Positions 30,646-40,184 are shown, counted from the stretch's first letter. The stretch: DNA of 64,000 nt from an uncultured Candidatus Micrarchaeota archaeon (GCA_963714085.1 OY970229.1:1472001-1536000), one strand, 5' to 3'. Notes: generated from the sequence alone by a model not told the origin. A program made the numbers and translations.

Positions 30646-30848
30646 TCGGGATGATGAAATGGAACGATGGTTCTGCAGAGGCGAAGGGAAATGAGCGAAA
30701 GGTTCGTGGTGCCTGGCGAGTTCGAGCTCAGCAAAGAGCCTCCGCATACACCTCTTTTCTGGAAAACCGGCTCGAAACCGTGGCGAAGGAAGCGCGTCCC
30801 GGGCGTCCAGACGCCATGGCAGCGCTGGAAAGACTGATTGTAAAATAG
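30646..30848 (+). pseudogene. Degenerate duplicate of the TrmB gene 5' part and its upstream region
   Basis: VAKEARPGRPDAMAALERLIVK versus VAKKAGLGRAEAMAALERLVEK; tggttctgca...aatgagc also repeated. Confidence 0.7.
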
Positions 30849-30912
30849 CTTCGTGGTTATTGATTAAGTGATATGTTTAATAACCGTTTTCCACACACCA
30901 TAACCCTATGGA
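30801..30912 (+). repeat. Direct repeat copy 1 (TrmB remnant plus promoter of radical SAM gene)
   Basis: Closely similar to 32403-32513. Confidence 0.9.
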
Positions 30913-32380
30913 CGATCCGGAAAGGAGCGGGATTCTCGCGTTCGCATACTGCATGGGGGAGTTCCAGACCAGGGACCTCGGGCAGGTCTACGAGCCGCTT
31001 TCCACCACCCCTGCCGGGAAAGTCCTGTTCCAGATCGGCGTCGGGCGGAAAGCGAGAAAGGAGATAACCGAATTGCTCGCGGCCGTGCTGGAAGCGAACC
31101 CCTCGGTGGTCCATCTGTCGGGCGGCACCTATAGCAGGGCGGGTCGCCTGCAATCCATGCTCAAAGACGACAAAGCAGTGGTAAGCGAAGCGGCGAGGAA
31201 GTGGTTCGCGAGGATACCCCCGGAACTGGTCAGGATCGTGATCGAATGCGGGCGCAATATCCTCAACGGGCCGGACTCGTCATGGGCCGTGGTCGGCCTG
31301 CCCGAGGATGTGAGGGCGGCCAAAGCGGATTACCAGCCGGTCATCGCGAACATTGAGACGGCGGCCTGCAACCGGGGATGCGGGCACTGCTCCAACATGG
31401 CTACGGAGCGCCTGGCCAATATCAGCTTCGATGGGATGATCAGGGGATTCGAGATTCTGCCCCCGTCCGCCGACGGCGTGTGTTTCGCCTACGGCGAGCC
31501 CTTCGGGTTGACGGACATCTACCAGGGAAAGAGGGTTAACCTGGGCCACGCGGTCGGATATCTTCTGGAGAAGTTCCCGGACATGAAGCGCGTTCGTATC
31601 GTGACATCCGGGATCAACTTCGCGGACCCGCTGGAAGCAGGCGCCGCCGAAGTCCTCTCAGGGATCAGGGACGAGTGGAAACAGCGCGTCATGTTCGCCG
31701 TAAGCCTGAGCGACTATCCGCATTTCGGGCTCAGGGGCAAGGCTGAAGCCGCGAGGAAAGTGCAATTGGACACCGTCCGGTTCGTACTTGAGAACGGGTT
31801 CTGGTTGTGGTTCAACTCCTTCCTCGAGCCCAAACAGTCAGTGTCGGAGATAGTCATGCCTCTCTGTGACGGGCTGTTCCCGCGGTTGGATCCGGATGAG
31901 ATCAAGATGTTCTCGCTTGAGCCCTTCATAAGAACCAAGGTCGATCTGCGTGGAAGGGCGGGAGCACGGGCCCGGAGATATTCCCCTGACGCTCCGGCCC
32001 CGATAGACATCGGGCAGTGCCTGGCTTTTCCTGGCATCCGACTGCCGCCTGGAATCAAGAAGGACGAGTTGATGGCCATGGAGAGTTTCCCGGTGCAAGT
32101 CCGCCTGACACTGTCTCCTGGAGGTTTCCTCGGCCCTGGATGCTGCGAAGACCAGTCGCATTTCGGTGTGATATCAGACATAGGCAAGCCGTATCAGCAG
32201 ATAAAAGACGATACGGCCGCATTCATGAAAAGGATCGAGCGCATGAGGGCCGGCAAAAAGCTCACCTGCATGAGCTGCGTGGGAGCGACGCACCACATCA
32301 GGGACGAGGACCGGTTCAAGAGGTGCGTCGGCCCGGCCAACGCCAAGTTGGTGCCAGCCAGCAAGCTGAGGATAAGATAA
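30908..32380 (+). CDS. Radical SAM protein with C-terminal Cys-rich (SPASM/twitch-like) region, copy 1
   Basis: CNRGCGHC, YGEPF, VTSG, GPGCC, CMSC. Confidence 0.85.
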   Translation: MDDPERSGILAFAYCMGEFQTRDLGQVYEPLSTTPAGKVLFQIGVGRKARKEITELLAAVLEANPSVVHLSGGTYSRAGRLQSMLKDDKAVVSEAARKWFARIPPELVRIVIECGRNILNGPDSSWAVVGLPEDVRAAKADYQPVIANIETAACNRGCGHCSNMATERLANISFDGMIRGFEILPPSADGVCFAYGEPFGLTDIYQGKRVNLGHAVGYLLEKFPDMKRVRIVTSGINFADPLEAGAAEVLSGIRDEWKQRVMFAVSLSDYPHFGLRGKAEAARKVQLDTVRFVLENGFWLWFNSFLEPKQSVSEIVMPLCDGLFPRLDPDEIKMFSLEPFIRTKVDLRGRAGARARRYSPDAPAPIDIGQCLAFPGIRLPPGIKKDELMAMESFPVQVRLTLSPGGFLGPGCCEDQSHFGVISDIGKPYQQIKDDTAAFMKRIERMRAGKKLTCMSCVGATHHIRDEDRFKRCVGPANAKLVPASKLRIR

Positions 32381-32402
32381 CGGGATGGGATAAGCTGGCC
32401 GC

Positions 32403-32513
32403 GGGCGTCCAGACGCCATTGCAGCGCTGGAAAGACTGATTGTAAATAGCTTCGTGGTTATTGATTAATAGATATGCTTAATAACTGTTTTCCGCACACT
32501 ACTGACCCATGGA
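32403..32513 (+). repeat. Direct repeat copy 2
   Basis: gggcgtccagacgccat..cagcgctggaaagactgattgtaaa..tagcttcgtggttattgatt. Confidence 0.9.
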
Positions 32514-34116
32514 TGACAAGGAGAGGTCGGCGATAGTCTCCTTCGCGCACGCGTTCGAGCACTTCGGAGACAACGATCTGGTAGCTTTGTACGAGCCGGT
32601 CTCAGAGAACGGGGTTGGTAAGGCGCTGTTCCAGATAGGCATAGGAAGGACGGCGAGGAGGGAGATACATGACCTGGTCCGTGCCTTCATGGAGGACAAC
32701 CCCCGCATCATCCCTTCTGGGGACGGAGGATACTACAAGCAGGTCGACCATCTCAGGTCCATCCCCTTGAGCGAAAAGGCGCACGTGAGCGAGCGGACGA
32801 GGGGGATATATTCGCGTATTCCGAGCGGGATTGTCAGGACCGTCATAGAGCGCTCGCGCGAAATCATCGAGAAGGCGAACGCGTGCTCGGTACTTGTCGG
32901 CCTGAGCGACGAGGTCAGGGAGGCCAAATCGGTGTATTACCCGGTTATCTCCTACATCGAGACCACAACCTGCGACAGGGCGTGCGGGCACTGCTTCACC
33001 CTGGCGGGTCCCAATCTCCCCAACATAAGCTTCGATGACATCATGAGGGGGTTCGACAGGCTGCCCCCGTCGCCGTTCGGCGTGTCGTTCACGTACGGGG
33101 AGCCATTCAGGTGGAGCGGCAGATCCGGAGGCCGGAGGCTGAACATCGGGGATGCGCTCAGTCGCATTCTGGAGAAATTCCCGGACATGCTCTTCCTCGC
33201 CCTGGTCACGTCCGGCATAAACTTCAAGGACGCGCTGGAAGCAGAGGCCGCGGACACGATAAGCAAGCTTCCGGAATGGACGAGGCAGCGCATACACCTT
33301 TCCGTGAGCCTCAGCGACTACCCGCATTTCGACAAGGGAAGCGTGAAAAGGGAGAGGGCCTTGAGAAAAGCGCAGATGAGCGACCTCCGGAGCAAGCTCC
33401 GCAGCAGGGAGATAAACGAGACAGCCCCGGTGGACCTGAGCCTGCTGGGCGAGCGGCTCAAGGTGGCGGACGCGCAGCGCATCGCGGCTGCGAGGGAAGC
33501 CCAGATAGCCACCATCAGGTTCGCCATAGAGAACGGCATGAGGGTGAGGATGAACTCCTTCCTCGACATTCGCCGCTATGCTGCCGAGATAGCCTGGCCC
33601 CTTTGCTCGGGGTTGGTCCCGGGGATGGACCTGAGCCAGGTGCGTGCCTTCGGGCACGACTGGATGACCTTCAAGGGCACGTCCTGGGTAGGGCGGGCCG
33701 CACTGCAGAGAGGGTCCTATTTCGTGGATTCCCCGCTCGAAATCGAGATGTCGCAGTGTTTCGCGTACTCGGGCGTGAGGCTGCCGCCCGGGGCGGACAT
33801 AGAGGATGTCCTCGCCGGCAACCTGCGCGTGCCGCTGCACCTTACGCTGTCACCCGGCGGATTCCTCGGCCCGGGGTGCTGCGTGCCGCCGGCGCAGCAT
33901 GCGGTGGTATCGCACATCTCCAAGCCGCTTGAAGAGATAACCGGGGATGCGATCGCGTTCATGAGGAAGATCCGGCGCATGAGGGCGGACGGGAAGCTAT
34001 CGTGCATGAGGTGCATCGGAGAATCGGATCACGTCCGGGACCCGAAAAGATTCAGGAAGACGGTCGGCCCGAAGAATGCCGCGCTGATACCTGCCAGCAA
34101 GCTGAGAATGAGATAA
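32509..34116 (+). CDS. Radical SAM protein, copy 2 (with about 45-aa insertion)
   Basis: CDRACGHC, YGEPF, GPGCC, CMRC; colinear with copy 1. Confidence 0.85.
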   Translation: MDDKERSAIVSFAHAFEHFGDNDLVALYEPVSENGVGKALFQIGIGRTARREIHDLVRAFMEDNPRIIPSGDGGYYKQVDHLRSIPLSEKAHVSERTRGIYSRIPSGIVRTVIERSREIIEKANACSVLVGLSDEVREAKSVYYPVISYIETTTCDRACGHCFTLAGPNLPNISFDDIMRGFDRLPPSPFGVSFTYGEPFRWSGRSGGRRLNIGDALSRILEKFPDMLFLALVTSGINFKDALEAEAADTISKLPEWTRQRIHLSVSLSDYPHFDKGSVKRERALRKAQMSDLRSKLRSREINETAPVDLSLLGERLKVADAQRIAAAREAQIATIRFAIENGMRVRMNSFLDIRRYAAEIAWPLCSGLVPGMDLSQVRAFGHDWMTFKGTSWVGRAALQRGSYFVDSPLEIEMSQCFAYSGVRLPPGADIEDVLAGNLRVPLHLTLSPGGFLGPGCCVPPAQHAVVSHISKPLEEITGDAIAFMRKIRRMRADGKLSCMRCIGESDHVRDPKRFRKTVGPKNAALIPASKLRMR

Positions 34117-34169
34117 CGGGATGGAATAAGCTGATTGAAAGGAAAAATAAGAAAAAGAAGTTACGAACT

Positions 34170-34520
34170 CTACCAGTCGTCCCTTCTTCCGAAGCCGCCG
34201 CCCCCACCGCCGCGCCTTCCTCCTCCGCCTCCGCCGTAGCCTCCGCCGCCGCTACCGCGCTCGCCGCGCGATTCCATGGGCTTGGCCTCGCTCACCTTGA
34301 GAGCCCTGCCCTCGAGGTCCTTGCCGTTCATCTCGGCGATGGCCTTGTCCGCTGCTGCGTCGTCGGCGATGGTCACGAAGCCGAAGCCCCTGGACCTGCC
34401 GGAGTACTTGTCTATGACAAGCGTCGCTTCCGTCACCTCCCCGAATGGGGAGAACAATGCCTTCAGCTGATCCTGCGTCACGCTGAACGGCAGATTTCCT
34501 ACGTATAGTTTCTTGCTCAT
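34170..34520 (-). CDS. RRM RNA-binding protein with Gly-rich tail
   Basis: RNP2 LYVGNL, RNP1 RGFGFV. Confidence 0.93.
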   Translation of the reverse strand: MSKKLYVGNLPFSVTQDQLKALFSPFGEVTEATLVIDKYSGRSRGFGFVTIADDAAADKAIAEMNGKDLEGRALKVSEAKPMESRGERGSGGGGYGGGGGGRRGGGGGGFGRRDDW

Positions 34521-34534
34521 CCTATCACTCCCTT

Positions 34535-34999
34535 TTACTCGTCCGCCGCGTACCTGTAGTGCGCGTTGGCGAACTTGTAATCGAACAATTCATGCGGCTT
34601 GAAGAACCGCTTTATCTCCTTCTCCGCCGTCTCCTTGGAGTCCGAGGCGTGTATCACGTTCCTGGACGTGCTGTTGGAGAGGTCCCCGCGCACGGTGCCG
34701 CCCGGGGCCTTGGACGCGTTGGTCGGGCCGACTATGAGCCGCACGACCTCCACCGCCTCCTTGCCCTCGATAACGACCGCAACGATCGGGTGCTCGGTGA
34801 CGAACCTCTCGAGGTCGGGGTAGAACGGCTTGTCCACCAGGTGCGCGTAGTGCTCCTTTGACAACTCCTTCGTCATCTGGAGCATCTTCATGCCGACTAT
34901 CTTGAAGCCCTTGCCCTCGAACCTGGAGACTATCGTCCCGACCAGCCCGCGCTGTATGGCGTCGGGCTTTATCAGAAGCAAGCTCCTCTCCTGGGCCAT
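34535..34999 (-). CDS. ndk: Nucleoside diphosphate kinase
   Basis: IKPDA, PGGTVRGD, NVIHASDS. Confidence 0.97.
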   Translation of the reverse strand: MAQERSLLLIKPDAIQRGLVGTIVSRFEGKGFKIVGMKMLQMTKELSKEHYAHLVDKPFYPDLERFVTEHPIVAVVIEGKEAVEVVRLIVGPTNASKAPGGTVRGDLSNSTSRNVIHASDSKETAEKEIKRFFKPHELFDYKFANAHYRYAADE

Positions 35000-35003
35000 C
35001 CAA

Positions 35004-35231
35004 TCACCTGGCTTCCTTCTCCTTCTTGTCCTTGGCCCCTCTCTTTATCTCGCCGGCCTTGAACTTGCGCGAAGCGACGGTCCACTTCTGCCTCCTGCCC
35101 TCCCTTTTCAGCTTCAGGGTGTTCTTCCTGCATTTGGAAGAGCAGAAGTAGAATACGGTGCCGTCCTTCTTCACGTACATCATTCCGGTGCCTTTCGCGA
35201 GCGGGTTGTCGCAGAACGAACAGTTTGGCAT
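35004..35231 (-). CDS. rpl24e: Ribosomal protein L24e
   Basis: CSFC...GTGMMYVKKDG..FCSSKC. Confidence 0.95.
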   Translation of the reverse strand: MPNCSFCDNPLAKGTGMMYVKKDGTVFYFCSSKCRKNTLKLKREGRRQKWTVASRKFKAGEIKRGAKDKKEKEAR

Positions 35232-35235
35232 GGTT

Positions 35236-35532
35236 TCACCTCGCTTTTATCTCCTTTGCCTCGCGGTCCGTGTCCAGAAGCACGATGATCATGCCGTTGC
35301 GCACAGGTCCCTTGATGTTCCGGAGGATGACCCTCCCGGCGTCCGGGCCCTCGAGGACCTTGCACAGGACCTGGTATATCTCCCCGTACACCCCGGTCTT
35401 GGTCCTTATCTCCACGATCTCGGCAGGATGGCCCTCCAGCTCCCTCTTCGGCCTCTCGGCCATCTTCTCGGCGGGTTTCTCCGCCGCTTTCTCGGGAGCC
35501 TTTGGCTCTTCCTTGCCAGTTGGCGCTGCCAT
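35236..35532 (-). CDS. rps28e: Ribosomal protein S28e
   Basis: PAEIVEI..TGVYGEIYQV..GRVILRNIKGPV. Confidence 0.9.
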   Translation of the reverse strand: MAAPTGKEEPKAPEKAAEKPAEKMAERPKRELEGHPAEIVEIRTKTGVYGEIYQVLCKVLEGPDAGRVILRNIKGPVRNGMIIVLLDTDREAKEIKAR

Positions 35533-35537
35533 TCGTA

Positions 35538-36020
35538 TCACTCTTTCTTCTTCGGTTCCTCTTTCTTGTGCTCCTTCTTATGCTCTTCCTTCTTGTGGGC
35601 CTCCTTCTTCGGAGCCTCTTTCGGGGCTTCCTTGGCCGGCTCGGCCTTCGGTGCCGCCGGTCCGGGCTTGGGCATCTTCTTCAGTATGTCCGCGAGCTTC
35701 TCGCTCGCGCCCCCCGGGTTCTCGACCGCGACCGCGCTAGTGCCGACCGGCACTCCGACCGCGATCCCGAGCTCCTTCTTCGTCGCCACGAAGGCGTAGC
35801 AGATGTTGTTCTCCTTGCAGAGCATCGGGATGTGCACGACGATCTCCTCAGGGCTCACGTCGCCCGCGACGACCACGAGCTTCGCGGTCTTGCGTTCGAT
35901 GGCCTTGGTGGTCTCGTTCACTCCCTTCTTTATCTTGCCGCCGTCCTTCGCGACCGAGAGCATCTCCAGGATCTGCGGAACCAGTTCTGCCGGTGTCTCA
36001 ATATCCATGTAGCTAACCAT
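35538..36020 (-). CDS. rpl7ae: Ribosomal protein L7Ae
   Basis: KKGVNETTKAIER, DVSPEEIV, KKELG. Confidence 0.96.
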   Translation of the reverse strand: MVSYMDIETPAELVPQILEMLSVAKDGGKIKKGVNETTKAIERKTAKLVVVAGDVSPEEIVVHIPMLCKENNICYAFVATKKELGIAVGVPVGTSAVAVENPGGASEKLADILKKMPKPGPAAPKAEPAKEAPKEAPKKEAHKKEEHKKEHKKEEPKKKE

Positions 36021-36218
36021 TTTTCCACCTCAAAATCTTTTCTCATCGGTAGATAGAGAAAATTTGTATCCTCACTTATAGTTACGAGATTTTAAAAATG
36101 TTCATGTGGGCCTCTATATTATATATACGCTAAGCGGGCGGGCGCCCGGGCGCGTCGCGGAACGGTCCGCCGCCCCTGCTCACACTTTTAAATATGGTTA
36201 TGCGCGAAGTATGAAAAC

Positions 36219-36914
36219 ATGAAGACGATCGGGCTCATAGGCGGGATGAGCTGGGAATCATCCGCGGAGTATTACAGAATCATCAATGAATCCGTGAGAG
36301 AAGAGCTCGGGGGATGGCACTCCTCCAAATGCCTGATGTACAGCTTTGATTTCGACGAGATGCACCGGCTGCAAGATAAGGGCGAATGGGAAAGGCTGGC
36401 CCGACTGGTGGCCGATGCCGCCAGGAGATTGGAGACCGGCGGCGCGGACTGCATACTCATCTGCGCCAACACGATGCATAAAATGGCCGGCGAGGTCCAG
36501 AAAGCGGTATCCATCCCAGTGATACACATCGCGAATGCGACGGGCGAAGAAATCAAGTCCAAAGGATTGAGGACCGTGGGCCTGCTCGGGACAAGATTCA
36601 CCATGGAAGAGGATTTCTACAAAGGGCGGCTGTCGGAAAAATTCGGATTGAAGGTAATCGTTCCGGAGGAGCGGGACCGGCGGTTCATACATGACGTGAT
36701 ATTCAACGAGCTCTGCCTGGGGAAATTCAATCCCAGCTCTAAAGAGGAATTCAAGAGGATAATCTCCCGGTTGGAAAAAGATGGCGCAGAGGGAGTAGTC
36801 CTCGGATGCACCGAGATCCCGCTTTTGATAAAGCAAGAAGATGTGAAGTCGCCTATATTCGATACTACGAGAATCCATGCGAAAGCCGGAGTGAAATTCG
36901 CCCTGGGCGAATAA
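36219..36914 (+). CDS. Aspartate/amino-acid racemase
   Basis: IGLIGGMSWESS, CANTMH, LLGTRFTM, LGCTEIP. Confidence 0.93.
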   Translation: MKTIGLIGGMSWESSAEYYRIINESVREELGGWHSSKCLMYSFDFDEMHRLQDKGEWERLARLVADAARRLETGGADCILICANTMHKMAGEVQKAVSIPVIHIANATGEEIKSKGLRTVGLLGTRFTMEEDFYKGRLSEKFGLKVIVPEERDRRFIHDVIFNELCLGKFNPSSKEEFKRIISRLEKDGAEGVVLGCTEIPLLIKQEDVKSPIFDTTRIHAKAGVKFALGE

Positions 36915-37009
36915 GCGGAACCGGTTGCTGTGCCGAAAAATCCATCGCGACGCCTCGCTTTTCCAGTCCGGCTCGCGATTCGCGGCGAAAAGGCGGAAAG
37001 CTCGACGCA

Positions 37010-37021
37010 ACCTTTATAAAG
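37010..37021 (+). promoter_or_regulatory. Candidate TATA box of the 16S rRNA gene
   Basis: ctttataaa about 205 nt upstream of the mature 16S start. Confidence 0.45.
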
Positions 37022-37689
37022 ACCCATCCTCATATATGTAGTTTACCGCTTTTTCAGAGGCGTTTTCGCCGTTGAGAAGGCGTCGTGGAAATCTATTACT
37101 TTTAGATTTGACTCACGCTTCAAGAGAAATGATCCATGTATAGTATACCTGAACAATTCCAATAGGAATTGCTCCCAAATTTCGTAACGCGGGACAATTG
37201 GTTAGGAGAGTTCATCTCTTTTAACTCCAGTTGATCCTGCTGGAGGGTACTGCTATCAGAGTTCGACTAAACCATGCAAGTCAGCTCACTCACTTGGGTG
37301 GGCGGCGTACGGCTGAGTAACACGTAGTCAATCTGCCCTGGGGACGGGAATAACCTCGGGAAACTGAGGCTAATTCCAGATAGGCGATGGGAACTGGAAG
37401 GCCCCATCACCGAAACGGCTGGTGAATTGGAACCAGTCCGCCCTAGGATGAGACTGCGGCTGATTAGGTAGTTGGTGAGGTAACGGCTCACCAAGCCGAT
37501 AATCAGTAGGGGCCATGGGAGTGGTGGCCCCCAGAAGGGTACTGAGACAAGGACCCTAGCCCTACGGGGTGCAGCAGGTGCGAAACCTCCGCAATGCGCG
37601 CAAGCGTGACGGGGGGACTCTGAGTGGCGATAACTTAGTTATCGTCTTTTGCGGAGTGTAAATAGCTCCGAGAATAAGGGTGTGGGCAA

Positions 37690-37737
37690 ACACTGCCCAC
37701 AACTTACGGCTAAGAACGGTCGTGGGAAGTGGCCTAT
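37690..37737 (+). other. 48-nt BHB hairpin intron in 16S (about E. coli 510)
   Basis: GT-GGGC-AA^A-CACT...AGTG-GCCT-AT^G-AC; removal restores GGGCAAGACTGGTG. Confidence 0.88.
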
Positions 37738-38001
37738 GACTGGTGGCAGCCGCCGCGGTAACACCAGCGCCTCAAGTGGTACCCACGAATATTGGGCCTA
37801 GAGCGTCCGTAGCTGGATTGAAAAGTCTACTGTGAAATGTTGGGGCCTAACTCCAACGCGTGCAGTAGATACTTTCAGTCTCGGGAATGGGGGAGGTTCG
37901 GGGTACTTCCGGGGTAGGGGTAAAATCTGTTGAGCCTGGAAGGACCACCAGTGGCGAAGGCGCCGAACCAAAACATGTCCGACAGTGAGGGACGAAAGCT
38001 G

Positions 38002-38035
<34 letters not shown>

Positions 38036-38121
38036 CAGCTGTAAATGATGCAGACTGAGGTGTTGCGTGTGAGTAATCATGCGCAGTGCTGTAGCGTAGG
38101 TGTTAAGTCTGCCGCCTGGGG

Positions 38122-38173
<52 letters not shown>

Positions 38174-38307
38174 CCGTGGATGCTACGGTTTAATTGGATA
38201 CAACGCCGGAAATATCACCAAGGGCGACGGCAGAATGAAGGCCAGACCAAAGATCTTGCCTGACAAGCCGAGAGGTATTGCATGGCCATCGTCAGCTCGT
38301 GGTGTGA

Positions 38308-38346
38308 GCGCGCAACGGCTCCGAAAGGAGATGAGGCGCGGCACAA
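38308..38346 (+). other. 39-nt BHB hairpin intron in 16S (about E. coli 1080)
   Basis: G-GTGT-GA^G-CGCGC...GCGCG-GCAC-AA^A-C; removal restores GCTCGTGGTGTGAACTGTCCAGTTAAG. Confidence 0.85.
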
Positions 38347-38971
38347 ACTGTCCAGTTAAGTCTGGCAACGAGCGAGACCCATGCCTTTAGTTACTAACTT
38401 CCTCTCCGGAGGAGGTGTACTCTAGAGGGACTGCCCGTGCTGAATGGGAGGAAGGAGTGGGCGACGGTAGGTCAGTATGGTCCGAAACCCTTGGGCTACA
38501 CGCGGCATACAGTGGTCGGCACAATGGGCTGCGACTCCGAAAGGAGGAGCTAATCCCCTAAATCCGGCCGTGGTTTGGATTGAGGGTTGAAACTCACCCT
38601 CATGAAAATGGAATGGCTAGTAATCGCGTGTCACTATCGCGCGGTGAATGCGTCCCCGCTCCTTGCACACACCGCCCGTCAAGTCATCCAAATGTTTTCC
38701 TGGTGAGACGCCGGTTCATGCCGGACTCGAACCGAGAAGGCGTGAGGGGGGCTAAGTCGTAACAAGGTATCCGTAGGGGAACCTGCGGATAGATCACCTC
38801 CAATTCGATTTCGATCGGTTGGAACGCGTTATGCAAGGAATAATACGTGGATTCTCTAAATGAAGCGTGAGTCTGATTCTTTTTTCCACGAAAATCGACG
38901 TCCAGCGCGAGCCATGCGTTCCTGGGCGAGCGCACAACCTTTTTTAATCTGCGCCAGCTAGTTTCATCCCT

Positions 38972-39319
38972 ATGCCGAGGCTCAAAATCCGCGAAGGAAC
39001 GCTCGAGCTAGACGACGAGAAGCTCGTGATAAGGAAGACGTTCGAGTCCGGCCTCGTGGACAACCTGATCACCCGCACGATCAACGCGCTCGCGAAGAAG
39101 GAGGACGTCATAAAGCTGAAAGACATCAGCATGGTCGTGTTCGAGCCCGGCGTGCCCGGCAGGATGTGCCCGCACATGCTGGTCTACTACGGGAGCAAGA
39201 GCCGGCTCATCGAGTTCTGCATAGACAAGGAGAAGCTGAAAGGGAAATCCAACCTGCGCAAGGCGCTCGAGTTCCTCGAGAAGCGCGGGATCGAGCTCGG
39301 CATGGCGGTCGGAGAATGA
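38972..39319 (+). CDS. Hypothetical PH-like protein
   Basis: 115-aa ORF with beta-strand pattern and C-terminal helix; genome-like codon usage. Confidence 0.6.
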   Translation: MPRLKIREGTLELDDEKLVIRKTFESGLVDNLITRTINALAKKEDVIKLKDISMVVFEPGVPGRMCPHMLVYYGSKSRLIEFCIDKEKLKGKSNLRKALEFLEKRGIELGMAVGE

Positions 39320-39349
39320 AAGAAGAAAGCCGTTCCCGGATGCGTTCAC

Positions 39350-39656
39350 TCACCCGGGCACGACGATATCGGAGCCGGATCGCTCCAGCGTGCGGTACAC
39401 TGTCATGTGCGACACGCCCAGCAGGTCAGCGATATCCCTGATGCTGAGTTTTTCCACGATAAGGAGATCGAGGATCTCACCGAGCCGCGCGTCTATTTTG
39501 CGCGGCCGTCCCTTTTTCCCCTTTTCACAAGGACCTATGGATGTACCTAAAGGTCGGCCATTCACAGGACCGCATGCCTGCGACCGATACCGGGCGGAGA
39601 GACTTCCTCGCCTTGCCAACTGCGTTGATTCCTGCCTTTTCCAAACCACTTTCCAT
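39350..39656 (-). CDS. Resolvase-type HTH protein; start uncertain or frameshifted
   Basis: GRPRKI...LSIRDIADLLGVSHMTVYR; the RBS-led ATG at 39656 is out of frame. Confidence 0.6.
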
Positions 39657-39734
39657 GTCTTTCCACCTCCTTTAGGTTGTTCTGAATATACGCTGCTGAA
39701 CTGATATATAAATGTTTGTAACAAAACGGATTCC

Positions 39735-40184
39735 ATGGCTGATATGCTCGGTCTTGCGGTCTTCGTCCTGCTCCTTACCGGATGCGGGCTGGTGAACCAG
39801 GCGCAGAACATGAACCAGACGCTCGAGGCCCAGGCCAACGCGACGCCGCCCGCCGTCCTGCCTGCGCAGAACGCGTCGATCAACAGCCCTCTTGAAGCGC
39901 AATGGGTGCTCATAACGAAGCCGGAGGTGGAGATCGTCTGCCTCAAGCTTGCCAGGGACGCGGTCGCGGGCAGGGGTTACAGCCCGTCCGTCGTGTTCGG
40001 TTGCACCTGCCAGGCGCAGGAAACTGACGAGGTGAAGGCCTACGGCTGCACGGTGAGCGCGGTGAACGGCGATAACCCGGTCAGCGTGGTCTGCGTCAAG
40101 GCCAACGCGACCTGCTCGTCGTCATCCAGTTTCGGGAACTCGGTCTACACGTTCGACCAGCTGCAGGCGCTGGCCGGCGGCTAG
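39735..40184 (+). CDS. Cys-rich putative lipoprotein
   Basis: LLLTGC lipobox-like; six further Cys. Confidence 0.65.
   Translation: MADMLGLAVFVLLLTGCGLVNQAQNMNQTLEAQANATPPAVLPAQNASINSPLEAQWVLITKPEVEIVCLKLARDAVAGRGYSPSVVFGCTCQAQETDEVKAYGCTVSAVNGDNPVSVVCVKANATCSSSSSFGNSVYTFDQLQALAGG

Noticed and set aside
30651..30848. RiPP precursor for the radical SAM pair
   Set aside because: Better explained as a decayed TrmB duplicate
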